41,040 nucleotides of DNA from Moorena sp. SIO3H5. Its GTDB lineage: Bacteria; Cyanobacteriota; Cyanobacteriia; Cyanobacteriales; Coleofasciculaceae. Positions 18,516 through 26,281 of the stretch are shown here, one piece after another. A program made the translations under genes and the position numbers. Below the pieces are notes generated by a model that saw nothing but the letters and a program-made list of their open reading frames with translations, was not told the DNA's origin and ran no database searches. The stretch lies in contig NZ_JAAHHS010000023.1 in assembly GCF_010692395.1 (NCBI RefSeq), forward strand, positions 721-41,760. The letters run 5' to 3'. The number at the start of each line of letters is the position of its first letter. The first letter of the stretch is position 1.

Positions 18516-19838
18516 GTGGATAAACAAACCATTGATTCAATTCAAAACCTCCGCTACCAAGCTGCATCGTTGCTAGTTTATCAGTCAGTCTTGAGTGAAG
18601 AGGTAGGTTTAGCTTTTTTGAAACTATTAGAAGCTATACTTAACAGGGATGTGGATAACATCAGTTGTTTAAAGGCTTATGGTGACTGGTTTCAAGGGTT
18701 AGCTAGCCAAAACCAAAGTTGGCACGATTATCTGTTTAGGCAAATCCTTAGGGCTGATAATTCTTTTACCAGGCAAGTGCAAGGTTCTGAATTAGAAACA
18801 TTACCGCCAGCATTAGTAGACGCGGCTCGTCATGACTTACAAGCTTTACAAAATATCTATAAGTGCAGCAGTAAACAACTTTGTAAGTGGGTCAAAAGAG
18901 CATCTGTTTTACCGGTTGAACTGGTGCCTTGGAATTGTGAGTCAAGTCAATCAAGGTCTGGGTCTGACCAGATTGATAAACGTACTCAATGGCACGCTGA
19001 TCTACAAGCTAAACTAAACAATTTAGACAATTGGGCTGATGGCTTGGAAGCGATCGCGGCATACTATCAAGAGTTTGGGACTGGACTTTTTGCTGACTAT
19101 CAAGGATTTCGTTGGCAATCGGGTCAGTTGTTTGGTATTGCCAATCCCGATCCGATTAGACTCAGTGAGCTGGTGGGCTATGAATTGGCGCGGACGCAAT
19201 TGCTCAAGAATACAGAGTTTCTGCTGAAAGGCTACCGAGCCCTGAATATATTACTTTACGGTAGTCGCGGTTCAGGTAAGTCTTCTTTGGTCAAGGCGTT
19301 GTTAAATGAATACGGTGAGCAGGGATTGCGAATTATTGAAGTCCCGAAATCAGAGATGATCGATTTACCGGTGATTACGGAGCAATTGCGAGACCAGCCT
19401 CAAAAATTTATTATCTTTATCGATGATTTATCCTTTGAAGAGGATAATGATTCCTACAAAGCTTTAAAGGTAATCTTGGAAGGGAATTTAACAGCACGAC
19501 CTGACAATGTTGTGGTTTACGCCACCTCTAATCGACGACACTTGATTCGAGAATTCTTTGATGACCGTCCCCGTCCTAGCAATGAAGAGATCCATGGTTG
19601 GGATACGGTTCACGAGAAACTTTCGTTTAGCGATCGCTTTGGCTTAACCCTAACCTTTGAGAAAGCTGACCAGAAAACCTACTTGAATATTGTCCAACAT
19701 CTAGCTACCCTAGCCCAAATCCCCCTTGAGCCTAGTGAAATCAGACCTCGTGCCTTACAGTGGGCGATCCGAGCCAATGGTTTCTCTGGTAGAACAGCAC
19801 GACAGTTTATTGATTTTTTACAAGCAGAGGAATGCTAA
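18516..19838 (+). CDS. DUF815-type AAA-like ATPase with ~220-aa uncharacterised N-terminal region
   Basis: 440 aa; P-loop LLYGSRGSGKSS, Walker B IIFIDDLSF, then YATSNRRHL. GTG start at 18516. Confidence 0.8.
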   Translation: MDKQTIDSIQNLRYQAASLLVYQSVLSEEVGLAFLKLLEAILNRDVDNISCLKAYGDWFQGLASQNQSWHDYLFRQILRADNSFTRQVQGSELETLPPALVDAARHDLQALQNIYKCSSKQLCKWVKRASVLPVELVPWNCESSQSRSGSDQIDKRTQWHADLQAKLNNLDNWADGLEAIAAYYQEFGTGLFADYQGFRWQSGQLFGIANPDPIRLSELVGYELARTQLLKNTEFLLKGYRALNILLYGSRGSGKSSLVKALLNEYGEQGLRIIEVPKSEMIDLPVITEQLRDQPQKFIIFIDDLSFEEDNDSYKALKVILEGNLTARPDNVVVYATSNRRHLIREFFDDRPRPSNEEIHGWDTVHEKLSFSDRFGLTLTFEKADQKTYLNIVQHLATLAQIPLEPSEIRPRALQWAIRANGFSGRTARQFIDFLQAEEC

Positions 19839-21028
19839 TTATCCATGGGAAACGCCCCTGGTCGCACGCTGATTAATTTGGTCTTACCGTTACGAAGCAC
19901 TTCCACCTCTAACTGGGCACCCACCTCTGAGGCTTCCACACCCTGCTGAACCTCAGTGGCATTTTTAACTGGTTTCGAACCAACGGTTTTAATGATATCT
20001 CCTGTTTTGAAACCAGCTCTCTGGGCGGGGGAGCCTGGCACCACCCGGACGATTAAAACCCCATCATCTTGGTTGACTTTCAGGTCAAAGTCTTGGTCTT
20101 GATTAATTTTTTCTCTCAACTCTGGGGTCAAGGTCACCATCTGAATGCCTAGGTAAGGATGCTCAACTTTACCTTTAGAAAATAGTTGATTAGCTATCCG
20201 TTCCGCAGTTTCCACGGGGATAGCAAACCCTAAGCCTTGGGCATTGGCTCGAATAGCGGTGTTAATCCCAACGACTTCACCAGTGGCATTCAACAACGGA
20301 CCACCGGAATTACCAGGGTTAATGGCGGCATCCGTTTGGATAAAGCTGACCCGTTTTTCAGGAACCCCGACTTGGGAACTGGAGCGCCCTAAGGCACTTA
20401 TGATACCGACCGTTACAGTATTATCTAAACCGAGGGGATTACCAATAGCGATCGCCCATTCTCCTGGGGTCAAATTCTCTGCTTTACCCAAGTTGACTGT
20501 GGGCAAGTCCGTTGCTTCAATTTTGACTACGGCTACATCGGTAACTGGGTCACTGCCCACGACTTGACCCTCAAAGCTGCGACCGTCTTTTAGAGTGACT
20601 TTAACTTCCTCTGTGCCTTCTACAACGTGGGCATTGGTAATCAAGCGTCCATCGGAGCTGAGGATAAATCCTGAGCCCGTGCCTTGCTCGATGCGCTGTT
20701 TTGGCATAGGCAGGTCATCCCCAAAAAAGCGCCTAAAGAAGGGATTGTGGAACGGTTGTGGGATATCCCGTGATACCTGACGGGCTGCATCGATTCTCAC
20801 CACTGCCGGACCTACTTTTTCTACCGCTTTAGCTATGAAATTGAGGTTTCTCTGGGGTGTAACACTTGATCGTTGTGGCGTGAATGGTTGTAATACTGCT
20901 GGAACGATTTGTGGGCGTCTGATTACCTCTTGCTCTGCCATGAGATAGCGACTACCCAAAACCCCTGCACCTCCGCCCAAGCCCAGCAATGTCAGATAAA
21001 CGGTCAGCTGCTTTAGGGATAAACTCAT
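19835..21028 (-). CDS. htrA: HtrA/DegP-family serine protease (trypsin-like domain + PDZ)
   Basis: 397 aa: N-terminal TM/signal, catalytic TNAHVV (His) and GNSGGPLL (Ser), C-terminal PDZ (GSPAQRAGFKTGDII). Confidence 0.9.
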   Translation of the reverse strand: MSLSLKQLTVYLTLLGLGGGAGVLGSRYLMAEQEVIRRPQIVPAVLQPFTPQRSSVTPQRNLNFIAKAVEKVGPAVVRIDAARQVSRDIPQPFHNPFFRRFFGDDLPMPKQRIEQGTGSGFILSSDGRLITNAHVVEGTEEVKVTLKDGRSFEGQVVGSDPVTDVAVVKIEATDLPTVNLGKAENLTPGEWAIAIGNPLGLDNTVTVGIISALGRSSSQVGVPEKRVSFIQTDAAINPGNSGGPLLNATGEVVGINTAIRANAQGLGFAIPVETAERIANQLFSKGKVEHPYLGIQMVTLTPELREKINQDQDFDLKVNQDDGVLIVRVVPGSPAQRAGFKTGDIIKTVGSKPVKNATEVQQGVEASEVGAQLEVEVLRNGKTKLISVRPGAFPMDN

Positions 21029-21132
21029 GGTTTTAGTAATTTCACTAATTGCTTTTGGGGTCCATATACTTACACTTTACTGAAAAATGTTGAGTATTGA
21101 CGGAATAATATTGTTGAGTTACGTGAAATAGA

Positions 21133-21176
21133 GTGTGGGAGGTGTGGGGTGTAGGGTGTGGGGTGTGGGGTGTGGG
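21133..21176. repeat. Heptamer array (GTGTGGG-type)
   Basis: Read directly. Confidence 0.85.
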
Positions 21177-21287
21177 AATAAGATAGGGTAATTTTCCATT
21201 ATAGCGCTATTGTTTCGTTGTTGGGTTGAGAATGCGATCGCGTAGCGTGGCCTACGGCCAATCGCATCCTGTCAATTACAATTCGTT

Positions 21288-21337
21288 TTGATCACTGATC
21301 AGCAGTTATTACTGAATCGCTGGTGATCAGTGATCAA
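21288..21337 (-). terminator. Perfect 14-bp-stem hairpin 46 nt downstream of the NB-ARC/TPR gene stop
   Basis: TTGATCACTGATCA (21288-21301) pairs with TGATCAGTGATCAA (21324-21337); 22-nt loop. No clear U-tract. Confidence 0.4.
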
Positions 21338-21383
21338 AAAATCGCGCAAACTCACCCAATTTATTCCGAATATACCTCAAAAC

Positions 21384-23702
21384 TTAGGTATTATTAAGGA
21401 TATCGTGCAAAATTTGGAGACTATTACGAAACTTTACAGTGTGAGGATGATCTGACCCTAACTTCTTTTCTGCAATCTCCAAAGCCTGGACATAGAGCGG
21501 TTCTGCCTGATGGTAAAGTCCCTGAGTATAGTAGAGTCGAGCCAGGTTGTGGAGACTGCTGGCCACATCGGGATGGTTGTGACCCAGCAGCTGCTTTGTC
21601 ATCTCCAAAGCTTGTTGATAGAGGGGTTCTGCCTGATAGTAGCGTCCCATTGACCAGTAGAGATTTGCCAGGTTGTTGAGACTGATGGCCACATCGGGAT
21701 GGTCTTGACCCAGCCGCTGCTTCAACAGCTCCAAAGCCTGTTGATAAAGGGGTTCGGCCTGGTGATAGCGCCCCATTGACCAGTAGAGTGCACCCAGGTT
21801 GTTGAGACTGGTGGCCACATGGGGATGGTGTTGACCCAGCCGCTGCTTTCTGATCTCCAAAGCCTGTTGATAAAGGGATTCGGTCTGGTCATAGCGCCCC
21901 ATTGACTTGTAGAGTGCACCCAGGTTGTTGAGACTGGTGGCCACACGGGGATGGTATTGACCCAGCCGCTGCTTTCTGATCTCCAAAGCCTGTTGAAAGA
22001 GGGGTTCGGCCTCATCATAGCGCCCCATTGACTGGTAGAGTAAACCCAGATTGTTGAGACTGGTAGCCACATCGGGATGGTTCTGACCCACCAGCTGCTT
22101 TCTGATCTCCAAAGCCTGTTGTAAGAGGGGTTCGGCCTCATCATAGTGCCCCATTGAATTGTAGAGTAAACCCAGATTGTTAAGACTGGTGGCCACATCG
22201 GGATGGTTCTGACCCAGCAGCTCCTTTCTGATCTCCAATGCCTTTTGAGAGAGGGGTTTGGCCTGGTCATAGCGCCCCATTAACCAGTAGAGTAAACCCA
22301 GGTTATTGAAACTTCGGGCTACATCGGTATGTTCCTCACCCAGGCGGCTTCTAGTTATCTCTAAACATTTCTCATACCAAGGTTCAGCCTGGTCATAGAT
22401 ACCTTGATCGTCATAGAATTTTCCTAAGACAGTTAAGAGGGATGGTAAATCTTCATCCCTGAGCCAGTTAGTTAGGACTGTGGCAGCTTCGGCTAAATGA
22501 GGGATGCTGAGATTAACTACTGCAATCTGATCTTGAGTTGGTGTCTCAGGAATTTCCTGGGCTACAGCCACCATTGCCTGACAAAAGCTTTGCTTGTAGC
22601 TATCGGCCTCTGGTAATTGATCGAGTTTGGTCTGGAAAAATTCTCGAATTAGTTGATGGACTTGATAGGTTTGTTTTTCGGTCAGTTTCAAGAGATTACG
22701 ATTGACCAGAAAGCGATCGCGTAATTCTTCTAATTCTTCTTGTTCTTCTTCCCATTCCTCCTCATCGTCCGTTTCGATAACACAAGACTCTACCAGTGAC
22801 CACTCAAAAGGAGCTTGAGCAAACAGACTCAGACGACATCCCAACTGCTGGGCTTCTGGAAAATCTTTCAAATCTTCCCAGGATAAGTCAAAGGCTGCTG
22901 CGACTCCCAACTGGGCTGTCACTTGCCCTTGTTCTTCTTGAGAAAGTAATGCCTTTGCTGCTAATTTCTTTTTCTCTAAACGTTTCTGAACTTTAGCAAT
23001 GGTTAAACTCGGATGTAGATCTAAATATCGTCCTACTAACTCCAAGCCCAAAGGTAAATAACCCAACCATTCACATAGGGCTTCTGCTTCGTTTAGTTCG
23101 TTATCAATGCGCTCTTTTCCAACAAGCGATCGCAATAATTCCAATGCTGCACCAGGTGCTGCTTTTGGCGAAAGTACATCCAAGTCAATTCGTTGGTACG
23201 AAGCTCCTGGACGCTGACGACTGGTAACCAGTACTTTGAAGCGGGATTGGGCTGGAGGCAAATAGGGTTCAATTTTATCTTTATAGTCCTTCCCGAAAGA
23301 AGGAACATCATCGAGCACAATCAATACTGTTCCTTCTGGCCAATTTCTCCAGCAGTGTTCTACCTGTTGTTCGTTTAACTTTAGTTTATCGGGAATGGTT
23401 AATCCTAATTTAGTACGGGCAAAACTGACAATCTGAGTCCCGAGATCTACACCGCGCACTGGAAACCAGCACAACCCACCAGGATACTTATCCTGATATC
23501 TAAGTGCATATTGTAGAGCTAACTCAGTTTTGCCCACACCACCCATTCCAGCAATGGCACAAATCACTAATCGATCCGTCTCTTGAAATTCCCGACGGAG
23601 CTGCTCAAGTTGATCTTCCCTACCAACAAAGTAGGGAGTGCCACGATTAATAATGTTACTGGGGGGATTTAACTTTGTCCGTTCCCGGTCGGACGACTCC
23701 AG
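21384..23702 (-). CDS. STAND NTPase: NB-ARC-type ATPase + ~8 TPR (42-aa, kinesin-light-chain-like) units. True N-terminus unresolved: no canonical start after an in-frame TAG
   Basis: P-loop GMGGVGKTELA, Walker B TVLIVLDDV, pre-P-loop FVGREDQLEQL. TPR units of pattern HPDVATSLNNLGLLY.SMGRYDEAEPL.QQALEIRKQ.LG, visible as 126-nt DNA repeats ~21440-22440. The frame is open from 23702 down, but the first ATG/GTG/TTG is GTG 23567, 7 codons before the P-loop. Confidence 0.85.
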   Translation of the reverse strand: MESSDRERTKLNPPSNIINRGTPYFVGREDQLEQLRREFQETDRLVICAIAGMGGVGKTELALQYALRYQDKYPGGLCWFPVRGVDLGTQIVSFARTKLGLTIPDKLKLNEQQVEHCWRNWPEGTVLIVLDDVPSFGKDYKDKIEPYLPPAQSRFKVLVTSRQRPGASYQRIDLDVLSPKAAPGAALELLRSLVGKERIDNELNEAEALCEWLGYLPLGLELVGRYLDLHPSLTIAKVQKRLEKKKLAAKALLSQEEQGQVTAQLGVAAAFDLSWEDLKDFPEAQQLGCRLSLFAQAPFEWSLVESCVIETDDEEEWEEEQEELEELRDRFLVNRNLLKLTEKQTYQVHQLIREFFQTKLDQLPEADSYKQSFCQAMVAVAQEIPETPTQDQIAVVNLSIPHLAEAATVLTNWLRDEDLPSLLTVLGKFYDDQGIYDQAEPWYEKCLEITRSRLGEEHTDVARSFNNLGLLYWLMGRYDQAKPLSQKALEIRKELLGQNHPDVATSLNNLGLLYNSMGHYDEAEPLLQQALEIRKQLVGQNHPDVATSLNNLGLLYQSMGRYDEAEPLFQQALEIRKQRLGQYHPRVATSLNNLGALYKSMGRYDQTESLYQQALEIRKQRLGQHHPHVATSLNNLGALYWSMGRYHQAEPLYQQALELLKQRLGQDHPDVAISLNNLANLYWSMGRYYQAEPLYQQALEMTKQLLGHNHPDVASSLHNLARLYYTQGLYHQAEPLYVQALEIAEKKLGSDHPHTVKFRNSLQILHDILNNT

Positions 23703-24143
23703 CTAATCAGACCCTTGATGAATATGTATCTCTTGACCAAAATAATTAGTACCACCCTCAATATTGTCAATATTGTTTTGTAAACCTTTACCGTTGTCAT
23801 TAACATTCATAGTCTTGCTGCTGTTGTCGTGTATCTTACCAGTATGAATTTCTTGAGCGATTGCCTGAATTTCTTTAGCAAACTCTGGTTGTTCATTCAT
23901 GATCACTTTCAAGTAATCAGCCACTCGTTCTAAATCACTCGAAGAGCCTTTTTCAACTGCCGTCAGAGCATTTTCAGCTTTATAATTATCCCGTAACTTG
24001 TCCCAGATCATTTTACGGAGTTCTTCCATCTTGGCGATTGCCGCTGTGGTGAAATGTTTGGCTAACTCCCCAGCTCCAGATTCCAGAAACTTCTTGAAAG
24101 CCAGAGTAGCGATCTCTGCTGCTGAAAGTATTGCTAGTGCCAT
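23703..24143 (-). CDS. 146-aa alpha-helical module, same frame as and contiguous with the NB-ARC/TPR ORF (probable detached N-terminal domain)
   Basis: MALAILSAAEIATLAFKKFLESGAGELAKHF... ends in a G/N/Q-rich tail NVNDNGKGLQNNIDNIEGGTNYFGQEIHIHQGSD, then TAG (23705-23703). I did not recognise a family by eye. Confidence 0.6.
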   Translation of the reverse strand: MALAILSAAEIATLAFKKFLESGAGELAKHFTTAAIAKMEELRKMIWDKLRDNYKAENALTAVEKGSSSDLERVADYLKVIMNEQPEFAKEIQAIAQEIHTGKIHDNSSKTMNVNDNGKGLQNNIDNIEGGTNYFGQEIHIHQGSD

Positions 24144-24245
24144 AAGCCAATAGAATCAAGCTGCTGTCTACTAACCAAGGTATACAATACTAAGTCTAAC
24201 AAACAGTTCTAAAAACGGATTAAATTTTAATAAAAAATAAGAAGC

Positions 24246-24290
24246 AATTAAATTGTTTTCAAATAAAATAACCGATTAAATTGTTTTCAA
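24246..24290. promoter_or_regulatory. Two identical 17-nt direct repeats (ATTAAATTGTTTTCAAA), 28-bp period, ~100-150 nt upstream of the 146-aa ORF
   Basis: 24246-24262 and 24274-24290, read directly. Candidate operator pair. Confidence 0.3.
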
Positions 24291-24496
24291 AGAATCTCAA
24301 AGAGTGTTTTGATCAACAGATATGCTCAGGATAGCATTTTCCACGAGATCATTAACCCTAATATAGTCACACCAAAAACTCCTCACTACTCTTGCCTCTT
24401 CCATTTACTCGTAAAAAAAACGCGATTATTTGAAAAAGACGCTACGCGATTGAACGTAGGTCAGACTAAGCGAACCCATTCCAAAATTCCCCTCTT

Positions 24497-24530
24497 TTCC
24501 CTGTTCCCTGTTCCCTGTTCCCTGTTCCCT
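24497..24530. repeat. Heptamer array (TTCCCTG)x~5
   Basis: Read directly. Confidence 0.9.
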
Positions 24531-24681
24531 AAAAAAAACGGGAACGCTAACATTTTTTTTGTGAATTTTACTTTGGCTGTTTGACCTTATGGTGCGTTAC
24601 GTGGCGGACTATACCAAGGCTGGCGCTTGAGCAAAAAATTAGGGCAATTCCGCCCCTAACACACCCTACGCAACTGTTCCC

Positions 24682-24721
24682 AATTCTTAATTCTTAATTC
24701 TCAATTTTTAATTCTTAATTC
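24682..24721. repeat. Heptamer array (AATTCTT-type)
   Basis: Read directly. Confidence 0.85.
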
Positions 24722-24769
24722 TGTACATTTTCTTTCAATACCCCCTCAGAAAATAAATTCTAAAACCCC

Positions 24770-24798
24770 TTGACAATAATAAATATAATCGTTATGAT
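24770..24798 (+). promoter_or_regulatory. Putative sigma70-type promoter for the 84-aa ORF
   Basis: TTGACA (24770-24775), 17-nt spacer, TATGAT (24793-24798), ~33 nt before ATG 24831. Confidence 0.3.
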
Positions 24799-24830
24799 TA
24801 TATTATAAACTTCAAACAAAGGTTTTAACG

Positions 24831-25085
24831 ATGACTGAAGAGTTTATCCCAAACGAAAACAACAATCCTGAAGAGATTACTCCCGCTAATACTCCTCAGG
24901 AACCTTCTCCAAAAAAATACCCAGTTAAGCACATTCTGACAGGATCACGTAAAGCCATAATAAAGACAATGCAAACCCTATATGCGCTGCGTTACGCGGA
25001 AATCTCCGAGTGGAGCCCCCTTCAGCCCACTGGCATCCCAGGAGAATTCATCACCATAATGACCAAATACCTGATTATCGATTAA
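24831..25085 (+). CDS. Hypothetical 84-aa protein (acidic/Pro-rich N-terminus, compact C-terminal domain)
   Basis: ATG ORF with an upstream promoter-like motif and a downstream GC hairpin. The C-terminal part HILTGSRKAIIKTMQTLYALRYAEISEWSPLQPTGIPGEFITIM looks like a folded domain. Family not recognised. Confidence 0.5.
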   Translation: MTEEFIPNENNNPEEITPANTPQEPSPKKYPVKHILTGSRKAIIKTMQTLYALRYAEISEWSPLQPTGIPGEFITIMTKYLIID

Positions 25086-25094
25086 ACTAATTTA

Positions 25095-25110
25095 GGGGGG
25101 GTAACCCCCC
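25095..25110 (+). terminator. G6-GTAA-C6 hairpin (GNRA-type loop) 10 nt after the 84-aa ORF stop
   Basis: GGGGGG-GTAA-CCCCCC read directly. No U-tract. Confidence 0.35.
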
Positions 25111-25188
25111 TGACCGAAACATTAGGTCTCATGACATGGGATTGTGTTTAGGTTTGGTTGAAAAATTGTAGTCATCATTAAAACCTCT

Positions 25189-25222
25189 AGCCGTGGAAAT
25201 TATTTCTGCGGCTATTTTTTTT
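25189..25222 (+). terminator. Hairpin plus T8 run (candidate terminator)
   Basis: AGCCGTGG ... CTGCGGCT (8 pairs including 2 G-U) followed by ATTTTTTTT. Confidence 0.4.
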
Positions 25223-25355
25223 GGGAAGTTTAAGGTTGTTCGCGTAGCGTGGCCAAAGGCCAAGGTTATTAAGGTTGAAGTTTAGGATGTTGTTCGCGTA
25301 GCGTGGCCTTTTGGCCAAGGTTGAAGGTTAGGATGTTGAATTGAGTACTAAGAAT

Positions 25356-25450
25356 GTAGAATCCAGACGGTAGAATCCAGACGGTAGAATCCAGACAGTA
25401 TAATTCTCAATTCTCAATTCTTAATTCTTAATTCTTAATTCTTAATTCTC
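25356..25450. repeat. 14-mer (GTAGAATCCAGACG)x3 followed by heptamers (AATTCTC/AATTCTT)
   Basis: Counted directly. The heptamer array supplies the last codons and the stop of the 76-aa ORF. Confidence 0.9.
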
Positions 25451-25665
25451 CCTGTTTCGTTTACTCGATAAGCTTTAGCGGAAGCTCTCAACCAAATGAA
25501 TGCTCCGGTAGCAAATGGAATTAGTAGGAAAAGAGTACCAAATGTCAGGGGATGTTCTCTGACATAGGAGCTGTAAACCATCACTGCTATTGCTGAGCCA
25601 CAATAAATTAATCCACATAGGGGAATAGCAATCACTAGTAAAGCAAATTTAGTATCTTTATCCAT
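25435..25665 (-). CDS. Hypothetical 76-aa two-TM membrane protein
   Basis: Two hydrophobic helices (FALLVIAIPLCGLIYCGSAIAVMVY; TFGTLFLLIPFATGAFIWL). No RBS seen. Confidence 0.4.
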   Translation of the reverse strand: MDKDTKFALLVIAIPLCGLIYCGSAIAVMVYSSYVREHPLTFGTLFLLIPFATGAFIWLRASAKAYRVNETGRIKN

Positions 25666-25711
25666 GGTATAGCGGTTTTTAAGCTAGTAAAGTACAATTT
25701 TTTTGGTTTTA

Positions 25712-25739
25712 GGGAGCAGGGAGCAGGGAGCAGGGAGCA
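25712..25739. repeat. (GGGAGCA)x4, left arm of the inverted repeat around the four-helix-bundle gene
   Basis: Exact reverse complement of 26219-26246. Confidence 0.95.
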
Positions 25740-25757
25740 GGGAAGGAGAAACAGAAG

Positions 25758-26120
25758 TCATTGTTCTAGCTTTTTAATAAGAGCAATAATCATTCGACTT
25801 TCTTCTTTAAGTAAAGAAACAATTACTTCTATATCTGTTTGCTTAGATAAGCCTACTCTAGAAGATAAAATAAGATGTGTTTCTAATTCGTTAATTGAGC
25901 CTTGGGCAATATTAAGAAATCTGATGTACTCAGCGGTTGACCTTCTCCCATATCCTTCTGCTATGTTAGCCGGAATAGATACCGCAGCTCTCCTAATTTG
26001 TTGAACCATACCATATAATTCGTCTTTAGGGAAAAATTTAGTTAATAAATAACACTTTTCGGCTATATCCATGCCTTTTTGCCAAATTATTAAGTCTTTA
26101 AAATTATTAATATATGACAT
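25758..26120 (-). CDS. Four-helix-bundle protein (23S rRNA intervening-sequence protein family)
   Basis: 120 aa; FKDLIIWQKGMDIA, RRAAVSIPANIAEGYGR, FLNIAQGSINELETHL match the family signature as I know it. The gene is AT-rich (17/60 G+C in line 25801). Confidence 0.85.
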   Translation of the reverse strand: MSYINNFKDLIIWQKGMDIAEKCYLLTKFFPKDELYGMVQQIRRAAVSIPANIAEGYGRRSTAEYIRFLNIAQGSINELETHLILSSRVGLSKQTDIEVIVSLLKEESRMIIALIKKLEQ

Positions 26121-26218
26121 TTATAAACTTATTGATTTTTACAGTATAGTGTTTACGGCGGTTTGCATAACTATCAGGTGCACAGGATTGTTTTCCGTCT
26201 TATGACTTCCCTCTTCAC

Positions 26219-26246
26219 TGCTCCCTGCTCCCTGCTCCCTGCTCCC
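26219..26246. repeat. (TGCTCCC)x4, right arm of the inverted repeat
   Basis: Exact reverse complement of 25712-25739. Confidence 0.95.
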
Positions 26247-26281
26247 TAAAAATCTAGCTCACCTAACTGAAACCCCTATAT

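Noticed and set aside
21722-22270. 182-aa ORF in an alternative frame of the TPR region
   Set aside because: It lies entirely within the NB-ARC/TPR gene on the same strand. It stays open only because the 126-nt DNA units repeat. Its product (repeating WRSESSGWVNTIPMWPPVSTTWV) has no independent support.
23640-23760. Apparent similarity between the tail of the 146-aa ORF (NIEGGTNYFGQE) and the start-less N-terminus of the ATPase (NIINRGTPYFVGRE), which could suggest a paired amyloid-signalling motif as in Bell/BASS-NLR gene pairs
   Set aside because: The match is only ~6 of 12 residues. The ATPase-side segment is part of the conserved pre-P-loop ..G...FVGRE motif of this NTPase clade, so the resemblance is probably coincidental. 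I keep it as a hypothesis to test, not a claim.
24309-24584. 91-aa ORF on the plus strand
   Set aside because: It crosses the TTCCCTG heptamer array and an AT-rich spacer, and has no protein-like features.
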